Source: Eledone cirrhosa (lineage: Eukaryota). From it: a stretch of DNA of 64,000 bases. Within the stretch, counting starts at the first letter, position 1. Each line of letters opens with the position of its first letter. Shown here piece by piece: positions 43,430 to 57,140 of the stretch. The translations under genes and the position numbers were made by a program. The notes below the pieces were generated by a model, which was not told where the DNA came from, did no database searches, and saw only the letters and a program-made list of their open reading frames with translations. The stretch lies in contig OZ024743.1 in NCBI GenBank assembly GCA_964016885.1, positions 295,740,001 to 295,804,000 on the forward strand, written 5' to 3'.

Positions 43430-43436
<7 letters not shown>
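43031..43436. mobile_element. Fold-back insertion in (TA)n (44 bp arms 43151-43194 and 43393-43436) containing a copy of nearby DNA
   Basis: Perfect inverted arms with an unpaired segment on the left; 43193-43254 is identical to 42168-42229. Confidence 0.65.
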
Positions 43437-43468
<32 letters not shown>

Positions 43469-43659
43469 AGTGGAAGCTTAGTAAAATCGAAGGTTTGGCT
43501 GTAGCCAAGCTAAACAACCTACAATTAGGAATGAGCAGCAAAGCACTCAATAAGGTCGGGCCTTAGAGTAATATCATACGTTTAGACAGCTTGACAAATT
43601 GAAAATTGCGGCAGGCAGACCTAACCACACAATACCAAAAACAACGAAGAAACAGGTTA

Positions 43660-43767
<108 letters not shown>

Positions 43768-43808
43768 TGTGTGTGTGTGTGTGTATGTGTATGTATATGT
43801 GTGTGTGC

Positions 43809-43853
<45 letters not shown>

Positions 43854-44096
43854 CATGTACGCACACGCAAATAACTAAGACTAACAGTTCATACATGCCT
43901 CACTAGGAATCAAGCGACCAATCCGTTAACAAGATACCCTAGCTAGTTCACATGCAGCAACGCCAATTGGAATATCTATCACACACACATATAAGAACAT
44001 CTACTTGAAAATTTCGGACATGTGCTGACTGGTCGGGGAAGGGAATAACTTGTATGGCCGGTAACATATCAACGTATATTTACATCTCGTTTGGAT

Positions 44097-44168
44097 TTTT
44101 GTCTGAAGAGAATACGTAGAGCAGCTGTTATAAAACTATCTTATGTCTTTGAAATACGTATAACAAAA
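44097..44168 (+). ncRNA. Type-I hammerhead ribozyme in a PLE 3'-end remnant (~43870-44310)
   Basis: ttttgt-CTGAAGA-[long stem II]-GAA-ATACGTAT-A-acaaaa, with palindromic stem III and 6 bp stem I. Confidence 0.8.
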
Positions 44169-44312
44169 TAGAAACGGATGTATGTACAAATGAAACCGTC
44201 TTTCTTATTTATTATTATAATAAAATTCCGGATGAACAAAAATCGTGGAGTGCTTTACATCTGTTAACTAAAAGTCGGCAAATTTTCAATCAACCAACTT
44301 CCTTCAATTGAA

Positions 44313-44377
<65 letters not shown>

Positions 44378-44378
44378 A

Positions 44379-44421
<43 letters not shown>

Positions 44422-45189
44422 CCGACCGCCGCAACTTCAATTTTACTAACTTCCACTCTTACATATGTACGTACAGCCCACATAAAAATGCATTGAAGAC
44501 GAATGTTGAAACAGAGGCTTTCGTAATTAGAACTGAAGTTAATTGAACCATAATTATTCTACAGATTCGGTTGTTTACGTAAATTACATGCGAAAGACAG
44601 TGCATTGTTAAAGCCGTGTGATGGAGCGTATCTCAGTCCGATTGCTGGCATTAATTTGTCTTTGCAAAGCTTAATGCAGTGGGATTTCTATCAATGAGCT
44701 GAAGGAGCAATCTTGTCGATGTTGATTTCTGTGGCCGCAATTGAGTCTAGGAGATTACGCCAACTTATCAGTTAGTCAGTGTTGAACTATATCAAATTTA
44801 CAATTATATTCAAGGATCATTTGTAATTAAGGACGACTGGTGAAGATTGTGTGCAGCACTGATAAGAGGTCTCATACAGTTAATTCTTTGTCTTCTTATT
44901 TGGAATTTAAATTACATAACTAGATGTGGCTGACCTCCATTAAATGGAAGCGAATTAATCCTTAGGATCCATCTATTATAAATTAATCATTAGAATTTAT
45001 CTGATTTATTCGTCAGAGAAAGGGTCTGTAACAACTGAAACCATGCCAATCAAGTAATGAGATGTTCTAATACAGGCAACATAGTGAAACAAAGATCGAT
45101 ACTATTATACACACACACACACACACATATATATATATGTATATATATATGTATATATATATGTATATATATATATGTATATGTATATA

Positions 45190-45240
<51 letters not shown>

Positions 45241-45242
<2 letters not shown>

Positions 45243-45426
45243 GTTTAGCCCCGACGGCAGAGCTCGAGCCATTTCGACGCCTATTTCTGAACTCAGAATT
45301 AGCCGTCGAAACGGCTTTAGCTCGGACGTCGGGGTTAAACATGTTCTTATTACCCACTGTACTACCCTAAGTATTGAGTACTCTAGTGCGTTATGGTACA
45401 ACTGGTTCCTTACCACACCTCCTTCG

Positions 45427-45428
<2 letters not shown>
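45241..45428 (+). mobile_element. Fold-back PLE-tail-like remnant (~50 bp arms plus tail) in (TA)n
   Basis: atgtttagccccgac...gtcggggttaaacat inverted arms, a gtcGAAAC half-motif, and a tail shared with 6737-6873. Confidence 0.7.
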
Positions 45429-45483
<55 letters not shown>

Positions 45484-45484
<1 letters not shown>

Positions 45485-45637
45485 CAGGACTAGAACTGTT
45501 TCATTTGTGAGAAATCTTCAGGAAGCTGACTGTCCAAGTAAATATGATGGTATAAATACCACCGTATTTACTTGGACAGACAGCTTCCTGATGGTTTCTC
45601 ACGAATGAAACAGTTCTAGTCCTGTAGAGGCTTTTCT
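45484..45637. mobile_element. Fold-back remnant (~70 bp arms) carrying a hammerhead (45582-45632 +)
   Basis: agcttc-CTGATGg (CTGAAGA in the mirror arm)-tttc tcac gaat-GAA-ACAG ttctagtc CTGT-A-gaggct. Confidence 0.75.
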
Positions 45638-45657
45638 ATATATATGTTTATATATAA

Positions 45658-45699
<42 letters not shown>

Positions 45700-45901
45700 G
45701 AGAGAAAGAGAGGGACACATAATTATATACATACACACACACCACACACACATATATATATATATATATAGATTATATATATAGTAATAATAATAAATTT
45801 GAAGACTAAAATCCAAAGAGGGCTCGATAAGGATAAATATATATCAAATATATAAGAACCGTAGAGCAAATATTTATTAAAATAACAGATTAAAGTTTAA
45901 G

Positions 45902-47270
45902 GAACATCCAATTCGACATCAATAATTACTACTCCTCAATCACTTTACCACTTCTTCTTAGAGCTATCAATTTCGCTAAAACACTCACAGTGGTTAAGGA
46001 TTTCCAAGTTGATGTCATACTCAATGCCTGTAAGTCGGTGATTAATTTCGACGACTCTATTTGGATTAAAAAATCTAATAGTACCCCATTCGACGTGAGT
46101 ATGGGCGCCAGCGATTCTGCGGAGGTTACTGATCTTATCGACCTTTTCCTTCTTTTCTCTATCAAGGAAGAATACCCCAACGTGGGCGGTGGTTTCTACC
46201 GTGATGACGGTCTTTTGACCATGACAAAGTGCGGCCCACGTACTTGCGACAGGTTCAGAAAAGAACTCACAGCCTTCTTTAAAGGCTTCAACCTCTCTAT
46301 AGAGGTTGAAGCCAAGGTCTCGGTCGTTAATTACCTCGACGTTACCCCCAATTTGTCGAATGGCTTACACTACCCGTATAGAAAGCCGAATGATACGCTT
46401 AATTACATAAGTAAGCATTCTAACCATCCTGCCAGCATAACCAAGAACCTGGTAAGTAACGTTTCTTTGAGGCTTTCCCGTATATCTACAAACGAGGATA
46501 TTTTCAACGACCATTCCACATATTACAATGAAGCTCTTGCTCGGAGTGGATTTGTCGATAAGGTAGCATATAGAGAGTATGAGAATAGACCTAGAAAAAT
46601 AGATCCCGACGCATTATATGGTATAACCCAGCATACAATAAGGAGGTGGCCACTCCATTAGCTAAGATCTTTCTCTCCCTTATTATGAAGCATCCCCCCC
46701 TCCAGCACATAAATGTAGTAACATTTTTAATATAGTAACATTTTTAATAGAAATAAATTATTAAAATGTCTTACTCTACGACTCCTAACCTTGCACATAA
46801 CATCACAGCTTCAAATTTAGCTAAATTACCTAGCCGTCGGAACACGTGCAACCCTGTAACTAGTACTAACTGTAATTGTAGGAATCGGGTTGACTGCCCC
46901 CTATCCGGGAAATACCTCTCTAGTAACATTGTCTACAAATGTAAGGTTGAAACACCCACGTCCCATAAAGCCTAGATAGGGTTAACCGCCAATAGATTCA
47001 AGCAGCCCATTCCTTTCTTAACCCTTTAACAAGGAATATGACGTCACGTTCAGCTTATATCTGGAGTCTAAAAGACAACCACACCCAATATAAGTTACAC
47101 TGGGAGATCCTAGCTAGGGCTAGATCATATAACGGAAATAAAAGACCATGTGACCTCTGCGCCGCTGAAGCCCTGGAAATACTCTACGCCAAAGACCACA
47201 TCTTAAACAAAAAATCTGAAGCAATTTCGGCTTATAAACATAAATTGCACAAAACTTTCCTGTATTACAG
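45902..47270 (+). pseudogene. Naiad-type RT + GIY-YIG, fragmented
   Basis: ORFs 45990..46661, 46766..46975 and 47038..47475. Confidence 0.9.
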
Positions 47271-47911
47271 CCCCACATTTTATATATTTTTTATATATTT
47301 TTTTTATGTGTATTTGGTATATACGTTCGTATGTGTGCGGGTACAGGCGTTGCGTGAGTTATATTTGCGCGTGCGTGGTGTTTTGTGTACGTGCTTGTAT
47401 TTGCATACCCATGGCGGGTGTTTTTGCGTTTGCATGTGTATGCACGTATATGGATGCGTGCATGTATATTTTTAATTTTTGTTGATTTCAATTACCACTG
47501 TAATTTATTTACATTATTCTTAACTCTGAAGCCGAGTATCATTCGGTTTCCTAAATAGAATTTTAGTCTACGAATTCAGTTATACTATAAACGTGGTTTT
47601 GTCTTTGCGTGTAATTGTTCTACCCGCTAACACACAATGACGTATTAACTTCGCTTTTTCTGTTCATTGCCAGAGAACGTCTCCACGAACCACCTAATAG
47701 AATATTAGTCTACAACTTCATTTATACTATAAACGTGGTTTTCTCTTTGCGTGTAATTGTTTTCACGCTCCTAATTATGACGTATTATCTTCGTTTTTTT
47801 TCGTTCTTTGCCAGGGAATGTTTCCACGAACCAAATTATCGTCTTCCTGTCTTCCTTCAGTTGCAACCTTTTTCGAAATATTTACTTCTGCGTTCACAGA
47901 TTGATTATTTT

Positions 47912-47962
47912 AGTTTCAGAAGATCCCGTTAAGGGTCAAAGCAGCGATTCTTTGCTTAAACT
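47912..47962 (+). ncRNA. Variant hammerhead-like motif (CAGAAGA core; GAAA mutated to CAAA in this copy)
   Basis: agttt-CAGAAGA-tccc gttaa gggt-cAA-AGCA gcgattctt TGCT-T-aaact. Confidence 0.55.
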
Positions 47963-47978
47963 TTAATCTGTTATTTTA

Positions 47979-48018
<40 letters not shown>

Positions 48019-48050
48019 ACATACCTATATATATATATATATATATATAT

Positions 48051-48580
48051 ACATTTAGGTTTGTTGGTTCACCACTGGATAGAACTGGTCATTCCATATG
48101 GTCAACCTCGATGTAATATTAGGGAGAGCACTCGACGTAATGCAACTCACCCGTCTTCGTTTGTGTTGTTGGTGGTGTGAGTACCGAGTTAATTATTATA
48201 AAATAACAGGAGGCTGGACTGGTGTAATTCCTTAAAGGTTTATTATAATATGAACATTTCAATGACCGGGTTCAGTATAAATCCGGTGACATCATCAGAT
48301 ATTCGAAATTTAACAAAAGAATATAATCCATGGAGCTGAAAAGGCAGAGAGAAGGCGGCCACACATTTAGCAGTTTCTAGTCAGGTCTAGAAACTGCTAA
48401 ATGTGTGGCCGCCTTCTTGTCTCTCTGCCTTTTCAGCTCCATGGATTATATTCCTTTGTTAAATTTCAAATACCTGATGATGTCACCGGATTTATACTGA
48501 ACCCGGTCATTGAAATGTTCATATTATAATAAACCTTTAAGGAATTACACCAGTCCAGCCTCCTGTTATTTTATAATTAT
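48051..48580. mobile_element. Fold-back PLE terminal remnant (~185 bp arms, ~6 nt loop, ~140 nt tail on left) with a hammerhead on each arm
   Basis: Centre gcagtttctag-tcaggt-ctagaaactgc. Fold aata(t/c)-CTGATGA-tgtcaccgg..ccggtcatt-GAAA-tgt-TC-atatt at 48247-48303(-) and 48469-48525(+). Confidence 0.85.
48469..48525 (+). ncRNA. Type-I minimal hammerhead ribozyme (mirror at 48247-48303 minus)
   Basis: Canonical CTGATGA/GAAA core, accgg/ccggt stem II, 1 bp stem III, followed by AATAAA. Confidence 0.7.
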
Positions 48581-48886
48581 ATATATATATATATATATTT
48601 ACACTGAAGAGAAGAGAAAGAGATGAATATGAAGCCGAAAAGAGAAATTATACGTCTCTCATCTAGTTAGAATAATACTCAGATGATGACGTCAAAAGAA
48701 TACCAAATATACAAACGAATGTTTGTACAATATCATCACGTTGGTGGAATGTTCATGATTTACAACCTCAAATGTCTACTTCACATAGTCGTATATACAG
48801 TAAAAGCATATAATTTGTCGGATTATAGAAAAGGTTTCAAATCGCTCTTATAATATAACTTAAGTAAAAGCTTTCTGTTTGTTTTA

Positions 48887-49107
48887 CGAGAGTTGGCTGA
48901 AAGGTTCATAGGCTGAAACGATTATAGGCTAAAAGGTTCATAGGCTGAATAGTACATAGGCTGACAAAGATACTCTCATGGAATGATCAAATGCAGTATA
49001 TTTTTCAACATACTCCCTGGAAAGAGTTGAAATTAATGCATGCAAGATTTCACAACCCTAACATTAATCCGTCGTAATCAGTCTATGAGCTTTTCAGCCG
49101 AGCCTCG
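48887..49107. mobile_element. Mariner-type MITE with TA target duplication
   Basis: TIRs cgagagttggctgaaaggttcataggctga / tcagtctatgagcttttcagccgagcctcg, flanked by TA, with internal ataggct(g/a)a repeats. Confidence 0.75.
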
Positions 49108-49130
49108 TATATATACATTGTTACACGCAA

Positions 49131-49325
49131 AGGGCGGTAGATTGTCAGTATTGCTAGAGCGTCAGACACTATGCTATGCAGCATAGAGTTATGGCCCATT
49201 ACTTTCTGAGTTCAAATCCCGCCGAGGTAAGCTTTGCTTTTCATCCTTACGGGGTCGATAAAATAAAGTACCCGTAATGCACTATTGTAATTGCTGGCCT
49301 TGTGGCCGAAGTAGAAACAATTATT
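49131..49325 (+). mobile_element. SINE family A
   Basis: Closely matches 52828-53015. Confidence 0.8.
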
Positions 49326-50611
49326 ACATAAAAGCTAATGTTGATCTCTCGTCATATATTTTTCTGGAAAAGACCTTTTTGGAGACAGAATATTTGAGAA
49401 TACCTAGAAATCAAAGATTATAATCATTAAGGTTTCATAGAAGAAAATGTCATCTAAAGTAAGACAGAGCGTTCAAGCAACAACCCTCCTTCCCACATTA
49501 ATAACTGTTGTGGCTTGGTCTATCCTTTTCAAATTTACAAGGAACGTTTTCAAGATTCAGTCAATCATAAGTGTAGGGAGTCCGTGATACAAGAATAGAT
49601 GTTTTACCACATTCAAATGTATTTGCTCTCATATGCCCATTTATCTAATCATTTGTTCTTACCTGGTAACGTTCGGGGGGGGGGGGGGGGGGGACATAGC
49701 ATCTGATCTCTGCAGAGAAATATTTCTATAAGCTAAGTGTCGAAAGCGGCTCTGTCATTCATGAATGTTTCACGAATTATTCTCTCTCAAATTCCATACC
49801 AATATAGTATACTGAAGAGGAACGACATTGAACAGGACCTTTCTTCTGCGATGTATTATGCCAAAAGGATTTATTTAGTGTTTGATACAGACACTCCAAG
49901 TATAATTAGCCGAAATGCCGTTCTAATTGATATCTATTAAGGCCACATTATGTTAAGATTTTTTAAAACGTCATTTTATTAAATAGCTATTCTCTGATAA
50001 ACACGTGAATAAGAGGCTTTGAAATAATTGCTTGGAATACATTTGGCATACAAAGATTTCTTTCAGTCACTTTCAGACAACTTGAACGATTTTCGATGAC
50101 ACTATGATGAAATATTAACGAAGATCTACCGAAAATATTAACCGAACGAATGTTGAAAATAGCCACTTAAAAAGTCATCAGAGATTGAAAAATGGAAAAG
50201 ATACGTTATTCAACCCCTTAATCATGGTCAGCAATAAAGTAGCTTCTTCTTATTTACTTCAAGCTCAGGTACAATTATTTAGGGTAGAATACTAAACGTA
50301 GCTAATGCAATACAGTCAGTAAATCATTTGGTCGGGATCTTATCGACTGAGTTAGCAACAACTTCCAGCATAAGTATCAACACATAAATAAGGATTCGGT
50401 GTAAATAAACGTTTCTTATTTAGTGTATATTGACATTTCCAGCACGAAAGAAGACTCTAACAGGCTTCCTTTATTCATCTGTCTAACCATCATCCACTTA
50501 ATATTATTGATTGTAAAATATAAAACATACGTGTAAAACAAAATCTACCTAATGGTATGAGATGACTTACACATCAAATGTTTGCATAACTATACATACA
50601 AAATATCTCAC

Positions 50612-50694
<83 letters not shown>

Positions 50695-50917
50695 TACTAG
50701 TATTATTATTGTTGATGTTGTTATTATTATTTGTGCGCGTGGATACTTGTGTACATGTTTATTTTGATTTATAGAATTATATATATTTATACATGCACTG
50801 CACACACTCATATACAACCTACGCAACCTACGCAACCGATATAGGCTCACAAATACATGCACTGGTATATATATGTATAAATATATGTATGTATATGTAT
50901 GTATGTATCTATCTATC

Positions 50918-50949
<32 letters not shown>

Positions 50950-50963
50950 TATATATAGTGTGT

Positions 50964-51010
<47 letters not shown>

Positions 51011-51387
51011 TTATATAAATATATTTCGGAGATAACGAATACTGTATTACGCCCTGAGCGAATACCACCTGAAATCACGACCTGCAAACCAGAATTAACA
51101 TAGCTTATCAAATGTTTCATGATTTCTTTCAAAAACTCATATTGGATATTGAAATATATTGATTATTCTCAGTGCTTTCAACACACAGTCTCTATTATTT
51201 TCCTCATATCTCTAAGAATGACATTTCTGTTTGGCATATATACCACCACAAAAGGGCATTTGGGGAATAATAATGGATTCAATTGAAAATTAAACACCAA
51301 CACACCCCCTTACACATACATGCTTTTGTATGTATTTATGTATAATATCCATATATATACATGTGTGTGTGTGTATGCGTGCATGTC

Positions 51388-51427
<40 letters not shown>

Positions 51428-51685
51428 CATATATACATATACATATATATATATACATATATATATATATCGAAGAGAATGAAACGAAATTTCATTTCTC
51501 ACACTTAGTACGGCAGTTACTTAAATGTAAGTATGTATGTATGTATGTATGTATACGTACATACATATATGTATACAGACGTACAGTAGTATGTATATAT
51601 ATACATACATGCACACATATATATATGCACCTATCGGTTTACCGAACATTTATTATAATGCTCGGTTTGTTTGTTTGTTTGTTTA

Positions 51686-51810
51686 CACCCCGTAAGGATG
51701 AAAGGCAAAGTTAACCTCGGCGGGATTTGAACTCAGATCATAAAGGGACGTAACTCTATGCTTCAAAGCATGGTTTCCGACTCTCTACCGATACTGCTAA
51801 TCCACCGCCC
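51686..51810 (-). mobile_element. SINE family A, 5' part
   Basis: cccgtaaggatgaaaggcaaagttaacctcggcgggatttgaactcaga. Confidence 0.8.
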
Positions 51811-51998
51811 CTATGTATGTATATATATATGTATATATATATACATACATATATGTATGTATATATATATATGTATATATATATACATACATAAATGTAT
51901 GTATATATATATACATACATATATATATATATACATATAACTCTATATATATATATATATGTATGTATATATATATACATATAACACTATATATATAC

Positions 51999-52071
<73 letters not shown>

Positions 52072-52136
52072 ACACTACACATAAATTTGCCGATATATAT
52101 ATACACATAGATTACCGATGTATATATATATAAACA

Positions 52137-52212
<76 letters not shown>

Positions 52213-52827
52213 ATATTTGTGTGCTATTCAAGTATTCGAATTAACTCACTTTTAAATTGCAATGCCGGATAGAAGTGTTAAAAAATATTTCGTTTGCCGC
52301 TCTGCTGTTCCAGGTACTCTAACACCATCCAGTCTTATCGTTTCCGGCGGCAATACCTTTTGAGGATACCTGAAAAATATATAATATTATTATAATATTG
52401 TATAACTTACAACTTACTAACGTAAACACAGTAGAGATCGTTTGATAGAAAATATAGAAATAAAATATATCGTTAAAAAACGAAAACACCTCGGGTGCAA
52501 ACAAAGTGTTAAGAATGCTATATCTGTAAAAGAATGCACGTTAAAATACTTTTAGATGCTCAGGAATTAATTCCACGATAACGTGATATTTGAAACAAAT
52601 ATCAAATATTTTACAGTGAAAGTGACAAAATCCAAGAACCGAAATACTGAAGACCCCCCTCCCCCATTTAATCTGCGATTTAACCTCAAAGGGACGGTCT
52701 ATGTAGCAAAATAAATTCAGAACAATAAAATAACTCAATCAAAAAGATTTTTGAAAATAAGATAGTATCACAAATATGACCCGTGCCCCAGTCCCATAGC
52801 CCACAAATAAATCATTATTACATTAAA

Positions 52828-53015
52828 AGGTGAATTGGCAGTATCGGTAGAGGGTCAGACGCCATGCTTTCCAGCATAGTTACGTCCCTTTACGGTCTGA
52901 GTTCAAATCCCGTCGAGGTTAACTTTGCCTTTCATCCTTACCAGGTCGATAAAATAAAGTACCAGTAATGAACTGGGTAATTGCTGGCCTTGTGCCAAAA
53001 GTAGAAACAATTATT
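52828..53015 (+). mobile_element. SINE family A
   Basis: ctgagttcaaatcccgtcgaggttaactttgcctttcatcc...gtcgataaaataaagtacc. Confidence 0.8.
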
Positions 53016-53485
53016 ACATTAAAAAAGATAAGAACATTGAAAGGACCTGGAAATAACAAAGCCTCCAAATTCAAGTTCGCTTGTTGGACTGGCTTTTTCA
53101 ATACATATTCCCCTCTACTTTCAGGGCTAATGCATTTGCAATTCTGTCCGTTTAGGCAATGAGCTAATATCAGCTTGAGGTTTTGCAGAAAGAGCGAACG
53201 AAAGAATGTTACAACATTTAATTGACTTTACCTTTCTATATCATACATACATAACATAACATATAGGAGAGCAACAGAGTGATTGGATTGTATATGAGGC
53301 AATAAAGAGCTGCTACTAGTGAAATCCCGTTTAAGAGAAGATAGCGACAAACGAAACCAAGTATTGTCAAGAAATGCCTTGATTACCGAAAAATATGAAG
53401 CAGCTACCTGGAATGTCAGCTAAACCTACGCAAATGTGCGCCGTAAGAACAACAAAAAATGCATTTATGTGTGTGTATGTGCATG

Positions 53486-53784
53486 CAGGGTGGGATTTAT
53501 ACCTTGGGGGCCCGGGACCCTTCACGTTTGGGGGACCACTTATACACAAAAACTTAGAATACACAGCGAATCCTTCAATTTTATATATCAAATTAACTTC
53601 GCGCAAGTAATTGGAATTGAAAATTTAAACATACAGGTATTAAATTCAAAAATTCTAACTATTATGAAACTAAAATGCCCAGTTGAGGGCCCAAATAAAT
53701 TGCTACGGCTGTCACAGGTGGGGCTCCCACTTCAGGGGGCCCGGGGCAGTTGCCCCCATTTGCCCCTCATTAAATCCAGCCCTG
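53486..53784. mobile_element. hAT-type MITE (299 bp) with 8 bp target-site duplication
   Basis: TIRs cagggtgggattta / taaatccagccctg; flanks tgtgcatg / tgtgcgtg (7 of 8 match); subterminal gggggcccggg. Confidence 0.8.
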
Positions 53785-54399
53785 TGTGCGTGACATACAT
53801 GACATAGTTATACCTTTCGTACAATCTAAATTGTGCAGTTATCATGAATTATACACAAAACAATATGATACCAACATACACCAGTGAAATAAACAAATTT
53901 AACGAAACTAAATGTACAATTTATAATGGTCTGAAAATAGAGAAAACCAGACTGGGATCTGAAAACATACGCAACCACCATAATATCAGGCATATTTAGT
54001 TAATCGTAATTGAAATAAAGCAATGAAACACACAATGCAATCCGCAAATGTACACAATTACAGTATAGAATATAGATAAAAGTTTAAGAAAATTATATGC
54101 AAAACAACGAAGAAAACCGCAACACGTACCAATTGCACTTATCCTTACACTCGCTAGTCCAGTGAAGACACGCATCAATTACGCACATAAAACTAATAAT
54201 ATTAGCATCAAATATAACAACAACGACAATAATATTAATACCAATAATAATGATGTCGAGGATGATGATTATCATAATAATGATGGAATATAATCTTAAT
54301 AATCATGAGACGGTGATTTACAAAATACCGTTGATTAATTAAATTTAGAGTTTCGTTTTAGCTGTCATGTGAAAAAACAACGATGATGAATACTTCTAA

Positions 54400-54660
54400 T
54401 TAAATACATATATGTATAAATAAACACATTCAAATATGTAAATATATACATGCTACATATATATGAATAAATACACACATTCAAATATTTACATATATAC
54501 ATGCTACATATATATGAATAAATACACACATTAAAATATTTACATATATATATGTATAAATCCACATTCAAATATTTACGTATATACATGCTACATATAT
54601 ATGTATAAATACACACATTCAAATATTTACATATATACATGCTACATATATACATTGAAC
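54400..54660. repeat. Minisatellite, ~50 bp unit, about 5 copies
   Basis: acacattcaaatatttacatatatacatgctacatatatatg.ataaat repeated. Confidence 0.85.
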
Positions 54661-54695
54661 TACACACATACATAACTGTGTCTAAGCATATGTAC

Positions 54696-54728
<33 letters not shown>

Positions 54729-54830
54729 CTTGTGCATATATGACTCATAAGGTAAATAAACGAATATACACACAAATATGCGTTTATATGTAAATATTTA
54801 TATATATACATGTTTATATATATATATATA

Positions 54831-54893
<63 letters not shown>

Positions 54894-54997
54894 GTGTCGG
54901 TATATATACATATATATATATACATATGTGTCGGTATATATACATATATATATAAATATATATACATATATATATATATACACACATATATATATAC

Positions 54998-55029
<32 letters not shown>

Positions 55030-55115
55030 GTGTATATATATATCTATGTATATATATATATATCTATATATATACATGTGTATATATATATATATACACG
55101 TGTATATATGTATAT

Positions 55116-55161
<46 letters not shown>

Positions 55162-55206
55162 GTATATGTAGACACGTATATATATATATGTGTGTGTATG
55201 TGTGTG

Positions 55207-55245
<39 letters not shown>

Positions 55246-55842
55246 CTACATATATATATAAAACTAATAACACATATCAGAAAATAAAATTTTAGACAGT
55301 TGCCAGAGATGTGATAGTTTGATTTCAATTAATTTCTTTCTTCATTTAATATCTTATAATGAAATACATCAAACTCTTGTCAAAGATGTCGTACTGTATT
55401 CTGAATTCGTGTCTGTTGTTGGAAATTTGGATATATTTTGGTCACGATTAACATAAGAACATTTTCATCATTATTTCCAATTATTTCTGTTTTATTCTTA
55501 CATTTATCTAAAATTTCTATTTTGTAGTATTTTACATATGTGTTTTCACAAGTTCGGGTATATGCATAAGCACAAACACATACATGCACATGTGCAGTCA
55601 TGCACTCACACACAAGCTGAGACAAACATTTTCATTTATTTTTATACACACATGCACATTTACATGCAGTCTTATCTTTCTGTGTTGATTTATATATAGT
55701 GTTACTTTTTGGTTTTTATATCTATGTGTGCATGTGTATGCATGTATATATGTGAATGTATCTATGTATGCATGTATATGTATGTATGTAGTCATATACC
55801 TGTGTTGTTATGTATACATATTTGTAGAAGTGTGTGTGTGCG

Positions 55843-55938
<96 letters not shown>

Positions 55939-56108
55939 TGTGATTGTGTATTAACACTTGTTTAATCCTGATATATACATATACAATTGTATATTTACGT
56001 GTATCAATTATGCTGTGCGTTTGTGTGTATTTTCAATGTATACCAATGTATGAACCCATATGATAGTGTAGATATTTGAATATGCTTTTTCCCTTTGTAT
56101 ATATATAT

Positions 56109-56168
56109 ATAGAAATTATACGGGAAACCATGAATATATCTTCATATGGTTTCCCGTATAATTTCTAT
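56109..56168. repeat. Hairpin with 23 bp perfect arms next to a TA tract
   Basis: atagaaattatacgggaaaccat ... atggtttcccgtataatttctat. Confidence 0.9.
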
Positions 56169-56574
56169 GAATCTTGAAAGTATACACAACTACATTTACG
56201 TGTCTTCGCTAATAAAAAAAATCTTACATGCCCTGTTTATATTCGTATAGCAGGCTTTATCACGAAATAAATACACTGCCTGACCCGAGGAATTATTAAT
56301 GTAAAGGAATATACCCCTATTCCACATGTTTTCACTCCCTCCTATCACGCTTTATTTCAAGGATACTTAAACAAGAAATATGGTGAGCTTTTCTTTTACT
56401 TTTTGCAAAATATGAAGGCTTTCTACGCCTAACGTCCTATAATTAGTTTAATAAAACATATATTCATTGACACACATTCAAAACGGTGCACATATTTATG
56501 AATGCGCGTATGTGTGTGTAATAAATACGTTAATGATGAATGCCTCTATACATTAAATGAACGTAATACGGTAT

Positions 56575-56685
56575 TGTGTATGCTGAGTGAACTGGAGCAA
56601 TATGAAATAAAGTGTTTTGCTCAAGAATGAAACTCATCGCTCAATCCGGGAATTGAATCCACAACCCTCTAACTACTATGCGCCT
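56575..56685 (-). mobile_element. SINE family B, 5' fragment
   Basis: ctggagcaa..tgaaataaagtgttttgctcaag...ccgggaattgaa. Confidence 0.65.
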
Positions 56686-56777
56686 TCACACGTACAGACA
56701 CACATATACACAGACACAGACACACACAGACACACACACACATGCACACATACACACATACACACACACACACACAG

Positions 56778-56825
<48 letters not shown>

Positions 56826-56828
<3 letters not shown>

Positions 56829-57140
56829 AGTTTGTATATAGGGGCCACTGCTAATCTATTTAAGAGCCGCTATAATTCCCACTTAAATTCGTTTAAAATT
56901 GATAAGCTGAAGCACACTCCTTATGTATATAGCTAATCTAGTCGAGTCTAAAACTACCTATAAAACAAATTGGCAAATTCTTGATCGATCTACCCCATAC
57001 AATGGAAATAAAAGTCTTGTCATTTATGTCTGTCGGAGGCGTACTATATTATAATGTCGAAACCTATCCCCATGAATAATAGAAACGAATTAGTAATAAA
57101 TTGTCCCCGTCTCTTCTCTTATTCTTTCTGCAATAAAGTA
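56826..57140 (+). pseudogene. Decayed Naiad-type GIY-YIG fragment after (TA)n
   Basis: LYIGATANLFKSRYNSHLNSFK, YKTNWQILDRSTPYNG, CHLCLSE and NNRNELVINCP across frameshifts. Confidence 0.8.

Larger units (their letters stand above)
45781..47985 (+). mobile_element. 5'-truncated Naiad-type PLE with inverted tail at its 5' end, in (TA)n
   Basis: RT motifs QFDINNYYSSIT, FDVSMGASDSAEV, FYRDDGL, VNYLDVT and YPYRKPN..SNHP. EN motifs CNCR..CPLSG..IVY, YIWSLKD, CDLC and LNKKSE. 45781-45901 is the inverted tail. 140 bp tandem duplication in the 3' UTR. Confidence 0.92.
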
